From Candidatus Nanoarchaeia archaeon (GTDB lineage: Archaea > Nanobdellota > Nanobdellia > JAQUSD01): a stretch of 64,000 bases of DNA. The stretch spans positions 3,385 through 67,384 of the forward strand of contig JAQUSD010000002.1 of assembly GCA_028715295.1 (NCBI GenBank), given 5' to 3'. Below are positions 47,883-56,745 of the stretch, piece by piece; the first letter of the stretch is position 1, and the number at the start of each line of letters is the position of its first letter. The position numbers and the translations under genes are program-made. Below the pieces are notes generated by a model. The model saw only the letters and a program-made list of their open reading frames with translations. It had not been told where the DNA came from and searched no databases.

Positions 47883-48548
47883 CCTATTCTGGACTTCACT
47901 GCTTTTAAGCTCCCTCAAAGCGTCTGATGCAATCCATTTTGCAGAACTGGAAGTCATCTGTTCAATTTCAATAGCAACTTCTATTGCTTTTTTATTTAGG
48001 TTCTTGTTTCTTTTTCCAATCTGTCTTAACGCCCAATTAACTGCTTTTTTTACAAAATTCCTGCTGTCATCTGAACCCTGTTTAATCATAGGAAAAAACT
48101 TTTCAAAAATTCTGTCTTCTGCTTTCTTGTCGCTTACTACAAGGCGTGCCATTAAAACATATCCTGCTCTTTTTACAAACTCCTCTTTTCTTTCAGCCCA
48201 TTCAAATGCTTTTTCATATGCAAATTTAGTTTTCTCAAAAAGATTCATAATTACCTGGTCGCATATCTCCCAATAACTGAACTCCCTCACCCATTTCTCC
48301 ATCTGCTTTTCATCCACTTTATTAGGTTCATCAATCATAGAAGCAAGTATCCTGGTTTCTCTTGTGTTTTTTTTCCAAAGCTGCTTTGCAAGTTCATGGT
48401 TTCTTTTTGTTACTGAAGCAATTTTCCTGAGTTCAGGTATTGAAACACCGTATGTATTTTCAGGAGTAATCCCACATTTCACCATACCTTCAACTGCATC
48501 AGGATTTGACAAGGAATTCAGCTTTCTCAGTATTTCGTTGTAATGCAT
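47874..48548 (-). CDS. DNA alkylation repair protein (AlkD family)
   Basis: GVSIPELRKIA, WEICD, FVKRAG, VNWALRQIGKR. Confidence 0.92.
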   Translation of the reverse strand: MHYNEILRKLNSLSNPDAVEGMVKCGITPENTYGVSIPELRKIASVTKRNHELAKQLWKKNTRETRILASMIDEPNKVDEKQMEKWVREFSYWEICDQVIMNLFEKTKFAYEKAFEWAERKEEFVKRAGYVLMARLVVSDKKAEDRIFEKFFPMIKQGSDDSRNFVKKAVNWALRQIGKRNKNLNKKAIEVAIEIEQMTSSSAKWIASDALRELKSSEVQNRLN

Positions 48549-48549
48549 T

Positions 48550-49038
48550 TTAAATCACAAACATTGGGTTTAATGCAACACCTACAAAATAAACAATTAA
48601 GAGAACTATTGTTGTTATTGCAGTGTGTTCACCAATAACACACAAAGGATTCTTTTTGTCTTTTTTAGCAATAAAATAACTGTAAATACTTATTATAGAA
48701 TAACCATAAACCAAGGAAAGGATAATTGCAATATTTATATCAAAAAACAGGACAGGTATTAAAAAAGACATTGCAACAAGCAGCTTTGCAACAAACGTGC
48801 TTATTGTTGTTTTCCAGACTCCTTTTTGGGATTTTGTCATTGTTTCTTCTGATATATGCATACCCAATGAATCTGAAAAAGCATCAGCAACTGCGATTGA
48901 AATTATCCCTGCAATAACTGCTAAGAGTGATGAAGTGCTGTAATATACGCCTATGAACAAGCCCAAAGTAGTGATTACTCCTGAGATAATTCCAAAGCCT
49001 GCTCCCCTTCTTATAAATTTGCTTCTTGCAAATACCAT
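48550..49038 (-). CDS. VIT1/CCC1-like membrane transporter
   Basis: GFG..SGVITTLG, ADAFSDSLGMHISEE; five TM segments. Confidence 0.75.
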   Translation of the reverse strand: MVFARSKFIRRGAGFGIISGVITTLGLFIGVYYSTSSLLAVIAGIISIAVADAFSDSLGMHISEETMTKSQKGVWKTTISTFVAKLLVAMSFLIPVLFFDINIAIILSLVYGYSIISIYSYFIAKKDKKNPLCVIGEHTAITTIVLLIVYFVGVALNPMFVI

Positions 49039-49079
49039 GTTATAATATTAAGAATTTGGGTATTAAATATTTAATGAAA

Positions 49080-49215
49080 ATAAGTCCTCTGCCAGTTTCC
49101 CAGCAGAGGAACAGGTGGATTTAATGGATTTGATTAATCCAGCATGATTTTTGCCTGAATTCAAGCTTATTGCCGATTAAATCTTGATTTAAAAATATTT
49201 CGGTTTCTCACAGGC
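49080..49215 (-). ncRNA. Candidate structured small RNA
   Basis: TATA at 49234-49242; multi-stem 5' domain and an 11-bp GAAA-capped 3' hairpin with two G-U pairs. Confidence 0.5.
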
Positions 49216-49251
49216 TTTATAAATGAACTTTACTTATATATATCTACAATA

Positions 49252-49554
49252 ATGAAAAAAGAATATAAGATGAAATGCAGGAATTGTGGAAAGTTCTATG
49301 GCTCAAAAACCATAAAACACAGTGTATGCAACTGGTGTAGACAGGAAAGGGGGATAATATCCAAAGAGAAAAGAGTTGAACTGCTTGCAGAATGTGTAAA
49401 GGATTACAAACAGTTACAACATGCTCCTCCAAGTGAGGAATTAGTTAGAAAATGGGCTGTCAATAAGTTCAATATAAGCAGAAAAACAGCAGGAACATAT
49501 CTTTCTACCCTTAAAAAAGGCGTGAAATGTGGTAAATCTTTAATTAGAATTTAA
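49252..49554 (+). CDS. Zinc-ribbon plus helix-turn-helix protein
   Basis: CRNC...CNWC; KFNISRKTAGTYL HTH-like segment. Confidence 0.65.
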   Translation: MKKEYKMKCRNCGKFYGSKTIKHSVCNWCRQERGIISKEKRVELLAECVKDYKQLQHAPPSEELVRKWAVNKFNISRKTAGTYLSTLKKGVKCGKSLIRI

Positions 49555-49764
49555 TTAAACCATCCATTTCATACCTATGTATTCTCCAATAACCATTGCA
49601 AAGGTTATTGAAATAACAGTGCCTAATGTCTGATTCCAGTTAAACACTCCCTGAATCATGTATATTGCAAAAACATTTGCTACAAAAGTAAAAATAAATA
49701 TTATGACACCACTTACAATAAGCCTCTTTGCAAGAACATCAGAATTTTTTGATTTCTTAGCCAT
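49555..49764 (-). CDS. Small membrane protein
   Basis: Two TM segments; ATG at 49764. Confidence 0.6.
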   Translation of the reverse strand: MAKKSKNSDVLAKRLIVSGVIIFIFTFVANVFAIYMIQGVFNWNQTLGTVISITFAMVIGEYIGMKWMV

Positions 49765-49799
49765 ACTAATTAGGTTATGTTTTCCATTGTTTTTAAACT

Positions 49800-50756
49800 T
49801 TACCAAATCCTGTATTTTTCCAGTTCATCATCTGTTATTTTACTTGAGTGTATCTTTTTTTTGCCATAACTGACTTCTGCTTTTAATTTTTTTGAATCAG
49901 AATACCTTGCTGTTAATTGAGCTGCAAGTTTTACTGATTCTGGCAATGGTTCTCCTATCAAAAGAGTTACTGGGCTGCCAATTCCCTTAACTTCAAACAA
50001 AGATTCTGATGTTTTCTTTTTTTTTCTGAGTATTTCATTTTCTTTTTCATTCCTTCCAACAATTATTTTTGTATTTCCAAGACGAAAATGTCTGCCAATA
50101 CAGAGCAATGCTATATTTCTTAAACTATCCTCACTGTATTCAAATAAATCCCTTAATCTTCTTGCAAAAACCTTGTTTGTAAGCAGACAACCCCCTCCAG
50201 CGTAATATTCTTCAGTAATGTTATACTTTTTTGCAAGTTCAAGCTGTTGCTTTCTGCTTCTTCCAGTTATCCCAAAAAGCTTAGTCCTGTTAATCCATTT
50301 TTTTTGTTCAGGTATTGTTTCTTTCAGGTGTTTTGCAGAAAGAGGGCGGACAAGAATTCCTTTTAGTCCAGATTCCTTTTCAACCAAGTTCATTGAATTT
50401 AAATACTGGCTCATGGGGCGCTGCCCAAGCACTTCACCAGTTATGATAAATTTTGCCCCCACCTTATCAGCATATTCTTTTGCTTTTCTCAATATGTGCA
50501 CCCTACAGTCAATACATGGATTAAGATTTTTTCCATATCCATGTTTTGGATTTTTCAGCATCCGGTAATATAAGGCGTCTGCTTTCTGAACCTTGAGAGG
50601 AACCCTTATTTTATTGCAGTTTTCTCTTGCTTTTTCAGGATTTCCTGCAAATACTGAAACAAAATGAAAACCTCTCACATCAATTCCCTGTTCTTTGACA
50701 ATAGCAGCTGCTAGTATACTATCAAGCCCTCCTGAAATCAATGCAACAGCTTTCAT
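49800..50756 (-). CDS. PP-loop tRNA thiolase-like protein (ThiI/MnmA-like, no THUMP domain)
   Basis: SGGLDS PP-loop, CIDC, GEVLGQRPMSQ, GGCLL, GRHFR; coupled to kae1. Confidence 0.8.
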   Translation of the reverse strand: MKAVALISGGLDSILAAAIVKEQGIDVRGFHFVSVFAGNPEKARENCNKIRVPLKVQKADALYYRMLKNPKHGYGKNLNPCIDCRVHILRKAKEYADKVGAKFIITGEVLGQRPMSQYLNSMNLVEKESGLKGILVRPLSAKHLKETIPEQKKWINRTKLFGITGRSRKQQLELAKKYNITEEYYAGGGCLLTNKVFARRLRDLFEYSEDSLRNIALLCIGRHFRLGNTKIIVGRNEKENEILRKKKKTSESLFEVKGIGSPVTLLIGEPLPESVKLAAQLTARYSDSKKLKAEVSYGKKKIHSSKITDDELEKYRIW

Positions 50757-51721
50757 TTTAGCCAAGAAACATCCACCTCATCAGTTCTCCATTTCTGTTT
50801 TATATGTGTATCATTTGACTGTTCTGCAAGTATTCCGTTCCAGGCTATCATTGCACCATTGTCACCGCATAATTCAGTTGGGGGAACATAAAACTTTGCT
50901 CCTCTTTCTCTGCACATTATCCTACACATTTCAGCAAGTCTTTTATTTGCTCCAACTCCACCAGTGAGAATAAGTTCATTTAAACCACAGTGTGCAAGTG
51001 CCCTTTCACTAACTTCAACAAGCATTGCAAATGCAGTTTCCTGAAAAGAATAACAAATGTCTTCAAGATTGCATTTTCCTGAATTTAATTTCTGCTTTAG
51101 ATTTGTAAGCATACCCCCATAACTTACATCCATGCCCTTTACAGTATAAGGAAGGTTAAGGTAAGTCTTTCCTTTTTTACTGAGCTGTTCTATTGCAGGG
51201 CCTGAAGGAAAAAGCAGTCCTGCAAACCTTCCAAATTTATCAATTGCATTACCTATGCCTATATCAATAGTTTCTCCAAAAATCCTGTATTTTCCAGAAT
51301 CATAAGCAATAACCTGGGTGTTTCCCCCAGACACATAAAGCATTGCTGGATTTCTCATTTTTCCATAAAGCTTTGCTATTTCAAGATGAGCAACGCAGTG
51401 GTTTACCCCCACAATAGGGATGTTAAGTTTTTTTGAAATACTTCTCGCTATTACAGCACCAACTCTTAAACAAGGAGGTATGCCTGGCCCCTGTGAAAAA
51501 GCAACCCTACCAATATTACTAAGCCGTATTCCTGCTCTTTTTACTGCTTCACTGATAACTGCATCACTGACCTCAACATGGTGTTCAAAAGCTTCTCTTG
51601 GATGCAACCCTCCTTTTTCAGGGCAGTGCATATCTTTTACATTTGAAAGTATATTTCCCTTTGAATCAGCAACGCCAGCCCCAAAGGTGTGTGCAGTGCT
51701 CTCAATACCAAGACATATCAT
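50753..51721 (-). CDS. kae1: KEOPS t6A synthase Kae1
   Basis: GIESTAH, VNHCVAH, VSGGNT, DNGAMIA. Confidence 0.97.
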   Translation of the reverse strand: MICLGIESTAHTFGAGVADSKGNILSNVKDMHCPEKGGLHPREAFEHHVEVSDAVISEAVKRAGIRLSNIGRVAFSQGPGIPPCLRVGAVIARSISKKLNIPIVGVNHCVAHLEIAKLYGKMRNPAMLYVSGGNTQVIAYDSGKYRIFGETIDIGIGNAIDKFGRFAGLLFPSGPAIEQLSKKGKTYLNLPYTVKGMDVSYGGMLTNLKQKLNSGKCNLEDICYSFQETAFAMLVEVSERALAHCGLNELILTGGVGANKRLAEMCRIMCRERGAKFYVPPTELCGDNGAMIAWNGILAEQSNDTHIKQKWRTDEVDVSWLK

Positions 51722-51752
51722 TGTTTAGAATAATTTAATAAGAAAGTTGCTT

Positions 51753-51968
51753 TTATTCTTTTTTGAAAACAGTATATTTGCATTTCCCGCATGACTGCCT
51801 GTCCTTATGTTTTGCCATAAAAGTTCCAGGTCCGCATTTAGGACAAAAATTCTGTTTTCTTACAACCTTTCCTTCTTTTGATTCATATTTTTCCCATTTC
51901 TTGCTTACTGGAGTAGGATTTTTCTTTTTCTTTCCTTTTGTCTTTGAAACTTTTCTTTTCTTACCCAT
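51753..51968 (-). CDS. rps27ae: 30S ribosomal protein S27ae
   Basis: [19 protein letters not shown]. Confidence 0.95.
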   Translation of the reverse strand: MGKKRKVSKTKGKKKKNPTPVSKKWEKYESKEGKVVRKQNFCPKCGPGTFMAKHKDRQSCGKCKYTVFKKE

Positions 51969-51996
51969 TAATTATCACCATTACATTTATGTTACT

Positions 51997-52377
51997 TTAT
52001 TCAGTTTCTGCAGATTCTTCAGCATTTGCTTCTGCAGGTTTTGGTCCTTCATTTACCTGATTCTGACTTTCACCTTCTTTAGAAGCTGAAAGTTCTTCTT
52101 TTATTTCATTTCTCTTAATTATGTATTTTGGTTCTGATTTTGAAATTAATTCCTGTTTTGTATAAACATGAGCTGTTCCAATTGATTTTCCGCTTCCAAA
52201 ATTAGTGTTCAGCGAAAGCAGTATGACTTCCTTTATATCTTTGTCAAATTCTTTTGCAAGCAGTTTTCTTGCTTCAAGCCTGTTTGGCGTAGCCATCTTT
52301 ATATGTTCTATTTCAAAAGAAACATTAGTTCTATCAAAGAACACATCTTTTTCTTTTTTAATCACATTAAGCTTCAT
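51997..52377 (-). CDS. rps24e: 30S ribosomal protein S24e with acidic tail
   Basis: TPNR, TNFG.G.S.G.AHVY; position before rps27ae. Confidence 0.9.
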   Translation of the reverse strand: MKLNVIKKEKDVFFDRTNVSFEIEHIKMATPNRLEARKLLAKEFDKDIKEVILLSLNTNFGSGKSIGTAHVYTKQELISKSEPKYIIKRNEIKEELSASKEGESQNQVNEGPKPAEANAEESAETE

Positions 52378-52562
52378 ACTTACAAGATAACATCAAATGC
52401 TTTTTTAAAGTTTTTCATTGAAGTTTAATAATAATTAAAATCAAAGGACAAAAGTATTAAACCCAAAATAAAAATTTCTGCCCTTAAGATTATAAAAAAT
52501 TTGTTGAAGTTAGGGATGGGCAACAGAAAGATTTAAAAAGGTATTTTTTGACGGAATTATTT

Positions 52563-52751
52563 ATGGAATGCACATTTTGTGGTGAAGAAGAACATCTTAC
52601 TGTATGTGAAAGCTGTAAAGAGCCTTTCTGTAAGTACTGTGGTGAAAGAAAGAAAAGACTATGTGAAAGCTGTGCAAGTCTTTCAGGAAAAGCTTTTGAT
52701 GAAAACTCTGATGATGACAGTTTTGACGATGCAAGCGGAGATTATTTTTAA
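52563..52751 (+). CDS. Mini eight-ligand zinc-finger protein with acidic tail
   Basis: Four CxxC pairs then DDDSFDD; TTTAAAAA box upstream. Confidence 0.75.
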   Translation: MECTFCGEEEHLTVCESCKEPFCKYCGERKKRLCESCASLSGKAFDENSDDDSFDDASGDYF

Positions 52752-52802
52752 CTGCTCAAAAAATTCTTAAAATATAAATAAAGGTTATTAACTAAAAAGC
52801 CA

Positions 52803-52985
52803 TCATTTGACTCTTAAAGCATATTCTCCTTTTTTTTCAACACCAAGTGATTTTGAAATTTTAGAGTGTTCAGTGTCAAGAACCATTGCTACTCCAGAAT
52901 ACCTTGTGCTTAATCTTGAACCACCACAATTAGGGCAGTTCTTCCCTATTTTTACAATCATATTGCAGTCTTTGCATGCTTTCAT
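52803..52985 (-). CDS. spt4: Transcription elongation factor Spt4 (RpoE2)
   Basis: ACKDC...CPNCG, SKISK.LG...G.YAL. Confidence 0.93.
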   Translation of the reverse strand: MKACKDCNMIVKIGKNCPNCGGSRLSTRYSGVAMVLDTEHSKISKSLGVEKKGEYALRVK

Positions 52986-52997
52986 AATATTCACCTT

Positions 52998-53597
52998 TTA
53001 TTTTTTTGGTTTTGATTCTTTCTTATCTTCTTTTTCTTCTTTTTTATTTTGCTGTTCTTTTTTCTGAGAATCTGCTTCTATCCATTCAAGTTTTCCAAGT
53101 CCAGGCTGCCTCATAGTAAGTCCGATTTTTGCAGCTCCAAGTTCTCTTACTGAAACAGCGATTATTCTTGCCCTTACAGCATCATCAACCTTAAGAGCTC
53201 TTTTGTTTGATTTTCCCTGAAGTGAACCTGTTTTAGCGAATGAAACAAAATCGTCCATTGTCTGCGAAATGTGGACTAGCCCGTCAACAGGCCCCATCCT
53301 TATAAATGCTCCATATTCGGCTATTTCTGTTATTTTACCTTCAACAACTTCCTGATTTTCAGGTTTCCATGAGAGCATTTCAAACTCAGTATCATAAAAT
53401 ATAGCTCCGTCACCAGGCATCAGCGTTCCTTCTCCAACATTTTTGATATCTATAAGACTAAGCAGGATTCCTGAATCCATACTGACCATACCTTCATAAG
53501 ATTCGATTATTGTGTTTGTAAGAACCTCTTTTACATTCTCACCGAAAAGTTTTGGAGGAACCCTTACCCTATCCCTTAAAGCAATAGTATAATACAT
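52998..53597 (-). CDS. rpoE1: RNA polymerase subunit E' (Rpo7)
   Basis: VRVPP, GPVDGLVHISQ, IGLTMRQPGLGK. Confidence 0.96.
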   Translation of the reverse strand: MYYTIALRDRVRVPPKLFGENVKEVLTNTIIESYEGMVSMDSGILLSLIDIKNVGEGTLMPGDGAIFYDTEFEMLSWKPENQEVVEGKITEIAEYGAFIRMGPVDGLVHISQTMDDFVSFAKTGSLQGKSNKRALKVDDAVRARIIAVSVRELGAAKIGLTMRQPGLGKLEWIEADSQKKEQQNKKEEKEDKKESKPKK

Positions 53598-53643
53598 TTT
53601 AATTCTGTAAAATAGTTATCAGCATAGTTTTTAAAGTTTATGA

Positions 53644-54009
53644 TTAAACAAATTCGAGATGGTTTTTGGTTCTCATAGATATACACTTTATGCCTTTTTC
53701 CCTGCATTTTCTTCTAAGTGCAATATCCTGTGTTGCAACAATTGCTTTTTCTTTGTCTGCTGTATCCACTATGATATCATCAACAGGTTTTTCTTTTTCA
53801 ACTTTCATTATCCTTACACTGTTTTTTCTTAAAATTTCAAGAACCGCCTTATAATGTCTTGCTGATATTACTTTAAGTTCATCAATACAAACACTTAGTG
53901 TAAACAAAGAAGTTTTTTCAGGCATAATTCTGTTGAGTTCTGCGAATATATCCACCCTGAACTCAAAGGGTATAAGCATGAAGTTTGTGTCAAGTAATAC
54001 AAGTTTCAT
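53644..54009 (-). CDS. PIN-domain protein (Fcf1/Utp24-like)
   Basis: LLDTNF, DEL, VDD, VATQD; usual position between aIF2-gamma and rpoE1. Confidence 0.9.
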   Translation of the reverse strand: MKLVLLDTNFMLIPFEFRVDIFAELNRIMPEKTSLFTLSVCIDELKVISARHYKAVLEILRKNSVRIMKVEKEKPVDDIIVDTADKEKAIVATQDIALRRKCREKGIKCISMRTKNHLEFV

Positions 54010-54087
54010 ATTAATTTTACCTTATAGTAATATAATCGAAACGTTTTTAAATAATTAATTAACTGAAAACACAAAAAGGATTTTACA

Positions 54088-54264
54088 ATGGCAAAAAAGG
54101 AAAAGTGTATATATTGTAAAAAAAACAGTGAATTTGAATGCCTCCAGTGCGGAACTGCATTCTGTGATGGACATGGAGATACTGACAATATCTTATGTAA
54201 TGATTGCAGAGAGTATAATGAAAGTATTGGAAGTGAAATTTCAAAAAGCGCTGAAGAGTTCTAA
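54088..54264 (+). CDS. Mini eight-ligand zinc-finger protein (58 aa; not in ORF track)
   Basis: CIYC-x7-CLQC-x4-CDGH-x7-CNDC. Confidence 0.75.
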   Translation: MAKKEKCIYCKKNSEFECLQCGTAFCDGHGDTDNILCNDCREYNESIGSEISKSAEEF

Positions 54265-55481
54265 TTAGTTATAATTCCATAACCTGCAAGTCTCCATCTG
54301 TTGTCAATCCTTCTTAAAACAGCTATTTTTTCTCCTTTTTCAATTGCAACAGGTATTTTTAACCTGCATGAAATGCTATTACCTTTTATTGAAGAAACAG
54401 TTCCTATTGTTTTGGATGTCCAGGCATTTATCAGAAGAGGTTCATTTATTTTTATTGGGGAATATTCTAAATTATTTTCTGTTCCAACAATCCTTTCTAT
54501 CAGATGAAGTTCAATATCCATAGTGTCATATAATTTTATATCATCTTCATTCCTAACAAGCACAGTTCCTGAAAGGTAATCTGATTTAGCAAGTGAAGGG
54601 TCAAGTTCTGTTGCCACTGCGATTGTTCCCCCATTTCCGGCTTCATCAACTGATTTGCTTCCCGTGAATATGCTTGTTATCTTTGTTTTTATTTTTTGGA
54701 AATCTTCGCCTGATTTTATCCCTGGCAGAACAATAACTTCATCATTTTTTCTTAATTTACCCTGTTTAATTATGCCTCCAAGTATCCCTCCGTTCAGTTC
54801 ATCTATTTTTGCTCCTGGTTTATTTGCGTCAAAACTTCTTGCAACCAGCATAATGAATTTTTCATCTTTTGGCTTTTCAGGCACAGTGTATGTTTCAGCC
54901 ATTGCCTTAAGAAGCATATCAATATTCACATTTTTGTTTGCTGACACAGGTATTATGGGTGCATTTTCTGCCACAGTTCCTTTTACAAATTCCTTTATCT
55001 GATTGTAGTTTTCCTCTGCCTGCGCATCATTAACCAAATCTATTTTATTCTGAGCTATAATTATGTTTTTAACCCCAAGAATATCGAGAGCCATTAAGTG
55101 TTCTTTGGTTTGCGGTTGTGGGCATTGTTCATTTGCTGCTATAACCAATAATGCGCCTGACATTATTGCTGCTCCTGAAAGCATTGTTGTCATTAATGTT
55201 TCATGTCCTGGTGCATCAACAAAACTAAATTTAAGGATATACTCTGTGGTTCCACCGCATGAACATTTTTTTGATGTTGTGTATTTTTTGCATTTTGCAC
55301 AATATCTCACTGTACAGTCTGCATAGCCAAGTCGTATAGTAATGCCTCTTTTTTTTTCTTCAGTGTGTTTTTCAGTGTGGATGCCTGTTAGAACTTCGAT
55401 TAACGCTGTCTTGCCGTGGTCAATATGTCCGGCAGTTCCAATTGTTATTTCCGGCTGTACGGGTTCTTTTTTTACTGCAAT
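54261..55481 (-). CDS. eif2g: Translation initiation factor aIF2 gamma; no canonical in-frame start
   Basis: The frame is open upstream of the track ORF: QPEITIGTAGHIDHGKT, RGITIRLGYA, DAPGHE, NKID; bounded by an in-frame TGA. Confidence 0.95.
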   Translation of the reverse strand: MAVKKEPVQPEITIGTAGHIDHGKTALIEVLTGIHTEKHTEEKKRGITIRLGYADCTVRYCAKCKKYTTSKKCSCGGTTEYILKFSFVDAPGHETLMTTMLSGAAIMSGALLVIAANEQCPQPQTKEHLMALDILGVKNIIIAQNKIDLVNDAQAEENYNQIKEFVKGTVAENAPIIPVSANKNVNIDMLLKAMAETYTVPEKPKDEKFIMLVARSFDANKPGAKIDELNGGILGGIIKQGKLRKNDEVIVLPGIKSGEDFQKIKTKITSIFTGSKSVDEAGNGGTIAVATELDPSLAKSDYLSGTVLVRNEDDIKLYDTMDIELHLIERIVGTENNLEYSPIKINEPLLINAWTSKTIGTVSSIKGNSISCRLKIPVAIEKGEKIAVLRRIDNRWRLAGYGIITN

Positions 55482-55490
55482 TCACCTTTT

Positions 55491-55898
55491 TCATTGCTGA
55501 CCCTCTGCTTTTGGTTCTTTTCCAAATTTAGCTTTGAGGTCGTCTTTACCATAAGTTATTACTTTTGTGTTGATTTGTGCTGTTACTTCTGAAACTGTAT
55601 TTCCTAAAACACTTTTTTTAGCCCTTACTCCTTTTCTTTCAGGGTGGAATCCAACTCCTTTTTTAAGTAGCAGTTTTATCCTTTTTGAACCTGAAATGTT
55701 TTTTCTCATGGGAGTTCCCTGCTTGTCGCTTCCGCCTGTTATTTCAAATTCATAACCTGAGAGTCCAAAAAGGTCTCCCTGTATTTTGTCACCTATTTTC
55801 TTTCCTACTAATTTAGATGCTTCAGCATCTTTTACAATAGTCTGATAGGTTTGCCCCTTTGACTTAACATCTGCAATTGTTATTTTAAATTCAGCCAT
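55491..55898 (-). CDS. rps6e: 30S ribosomal protein S6e
   Basis: GKKIGD, ITGGSDKQG.PM. Confidence 0.95.
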   Translation of the reverse strand: MAEFKITIADVKSKGQTYQTIVKDAEASKLVGKKIGDKIQGDLFGLSGYEFEITGGSDKQGTPMRKNISGSKRIKLLLKKGVGFHPERKGVRAKKSVLGNTVSEVTAQINTKVITYGKDDLKAKFGKEPKAEGQQ

Positions 55899-55991
55899 TA
55901 TATCTTCACCTTATGATTATAAGTAATACTTATTTTAAATATCTATAAGGTTTAAAAAGATAGTGGTTTTCAACAGCTAGGCAAATGTTCT

Positions 55992-56396
55992 CTAATCAAT
56001 AGAAGGCATATAACCTCCATAAAAAGAATGTGATACTCTTATACCCCTGGGGAATTCAGTGATAAGCCTGTAATACTTTCCATACTCCAATACGGTATTA
56101 TTAAAAACCATTTTGAACACCGCATCTCCTTGTATTCCTTGGAAATTTATTATTTCACTGTAAACATTTTCCTGAGTGCTGTTTAACAGAATATCCACTT
56201 TTAACTCACCTGTAGGTATGTTCATGCATTTGCCGTCAAAAAATGCTCCAACCTGGCTTTTATTCTCATCGTGATATACATTTGCTATCCAGAAGGACAC
56301 CTGACATCTTGGAGAAAAAAGCACAACTAACAACAATATTGTCAAGCCAACACCACCAACCAATCCTAAAAGCAGGACTGCTGCTCCTTTTTTCAT
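55992..56396 (-). CDS. Membrane-anchored or pilin-like protein
   Basis: MKKG plus hydrophobic helix; beta-rich remainder. Confidence 0.55.
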   Translation of the reverse strand: MKKGAAVLLLGLVGGVGLTILLLVVLFSPRCQVSFWIANVYHDENKSQVGAFFDGKCMNIPTGELKVDILLNSTQENVYSEIINFQGIQGDAVFKMVFNNTVLEYGKYYRLITEFPRGIRVSHSFYGGYMPSID

Positions 56397-56475
56397 CAAA
56401 CTTAATTAAGGGTTTATCAGAATAAAAACCTTATTAACAAAACAATTATAAATTTTATTTATTGTTCTGTTAATT

Positions 56476-56745
56476 ATGAAAAAATACATAATTGAAGAGG
56501 TAAGAGATTACAACGGACTAATAAGCCTGCATTTTGATGGTAGTCAGCTTGGAATAAATCTTATTGAAGGACATCCTTATTTAAACAACAATGCTGTTAA
56601 AAACCTAAAAAAAGGGGATATTATGCTGATTGAGGGAAAAAAAGGTGATTCTCTTGAAGACTTATGCAGTAATGGAATAAAAACAATGCTTGTGAAAGAA
56701 GGGGAAAGTATTACAACCCTTTACCATTTTAAAGCCCCCATGTAG
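56476..56745 (+). CDS. Hypothetical protein
   Basis: ATG ~25 nt after TTATAAA. Confidence 0.5.
   Translation: MKKYIIEEVRDYNGLISLHFDGSQLGINLIEGHPYLNNNAVKNLKKGDIMLIEGKKGDSLEDLCSNGIKTMLVKEGESITTLYHFKAPM

Noticed and set aside
52474-52530. TTTCTG-CCC...GGGC-AA-CAGAAA inverted repeat
   Set aside because: Weak pairing around an AT-rich interior within a divergent promoter region; could be chance
55482-55493. TGA readthrough or recoded genetic code fusing rps6e and eif2g
   Set aside because: Two TGA codons would need readthrough, and TGA ends many conserved genes here at their normal positions
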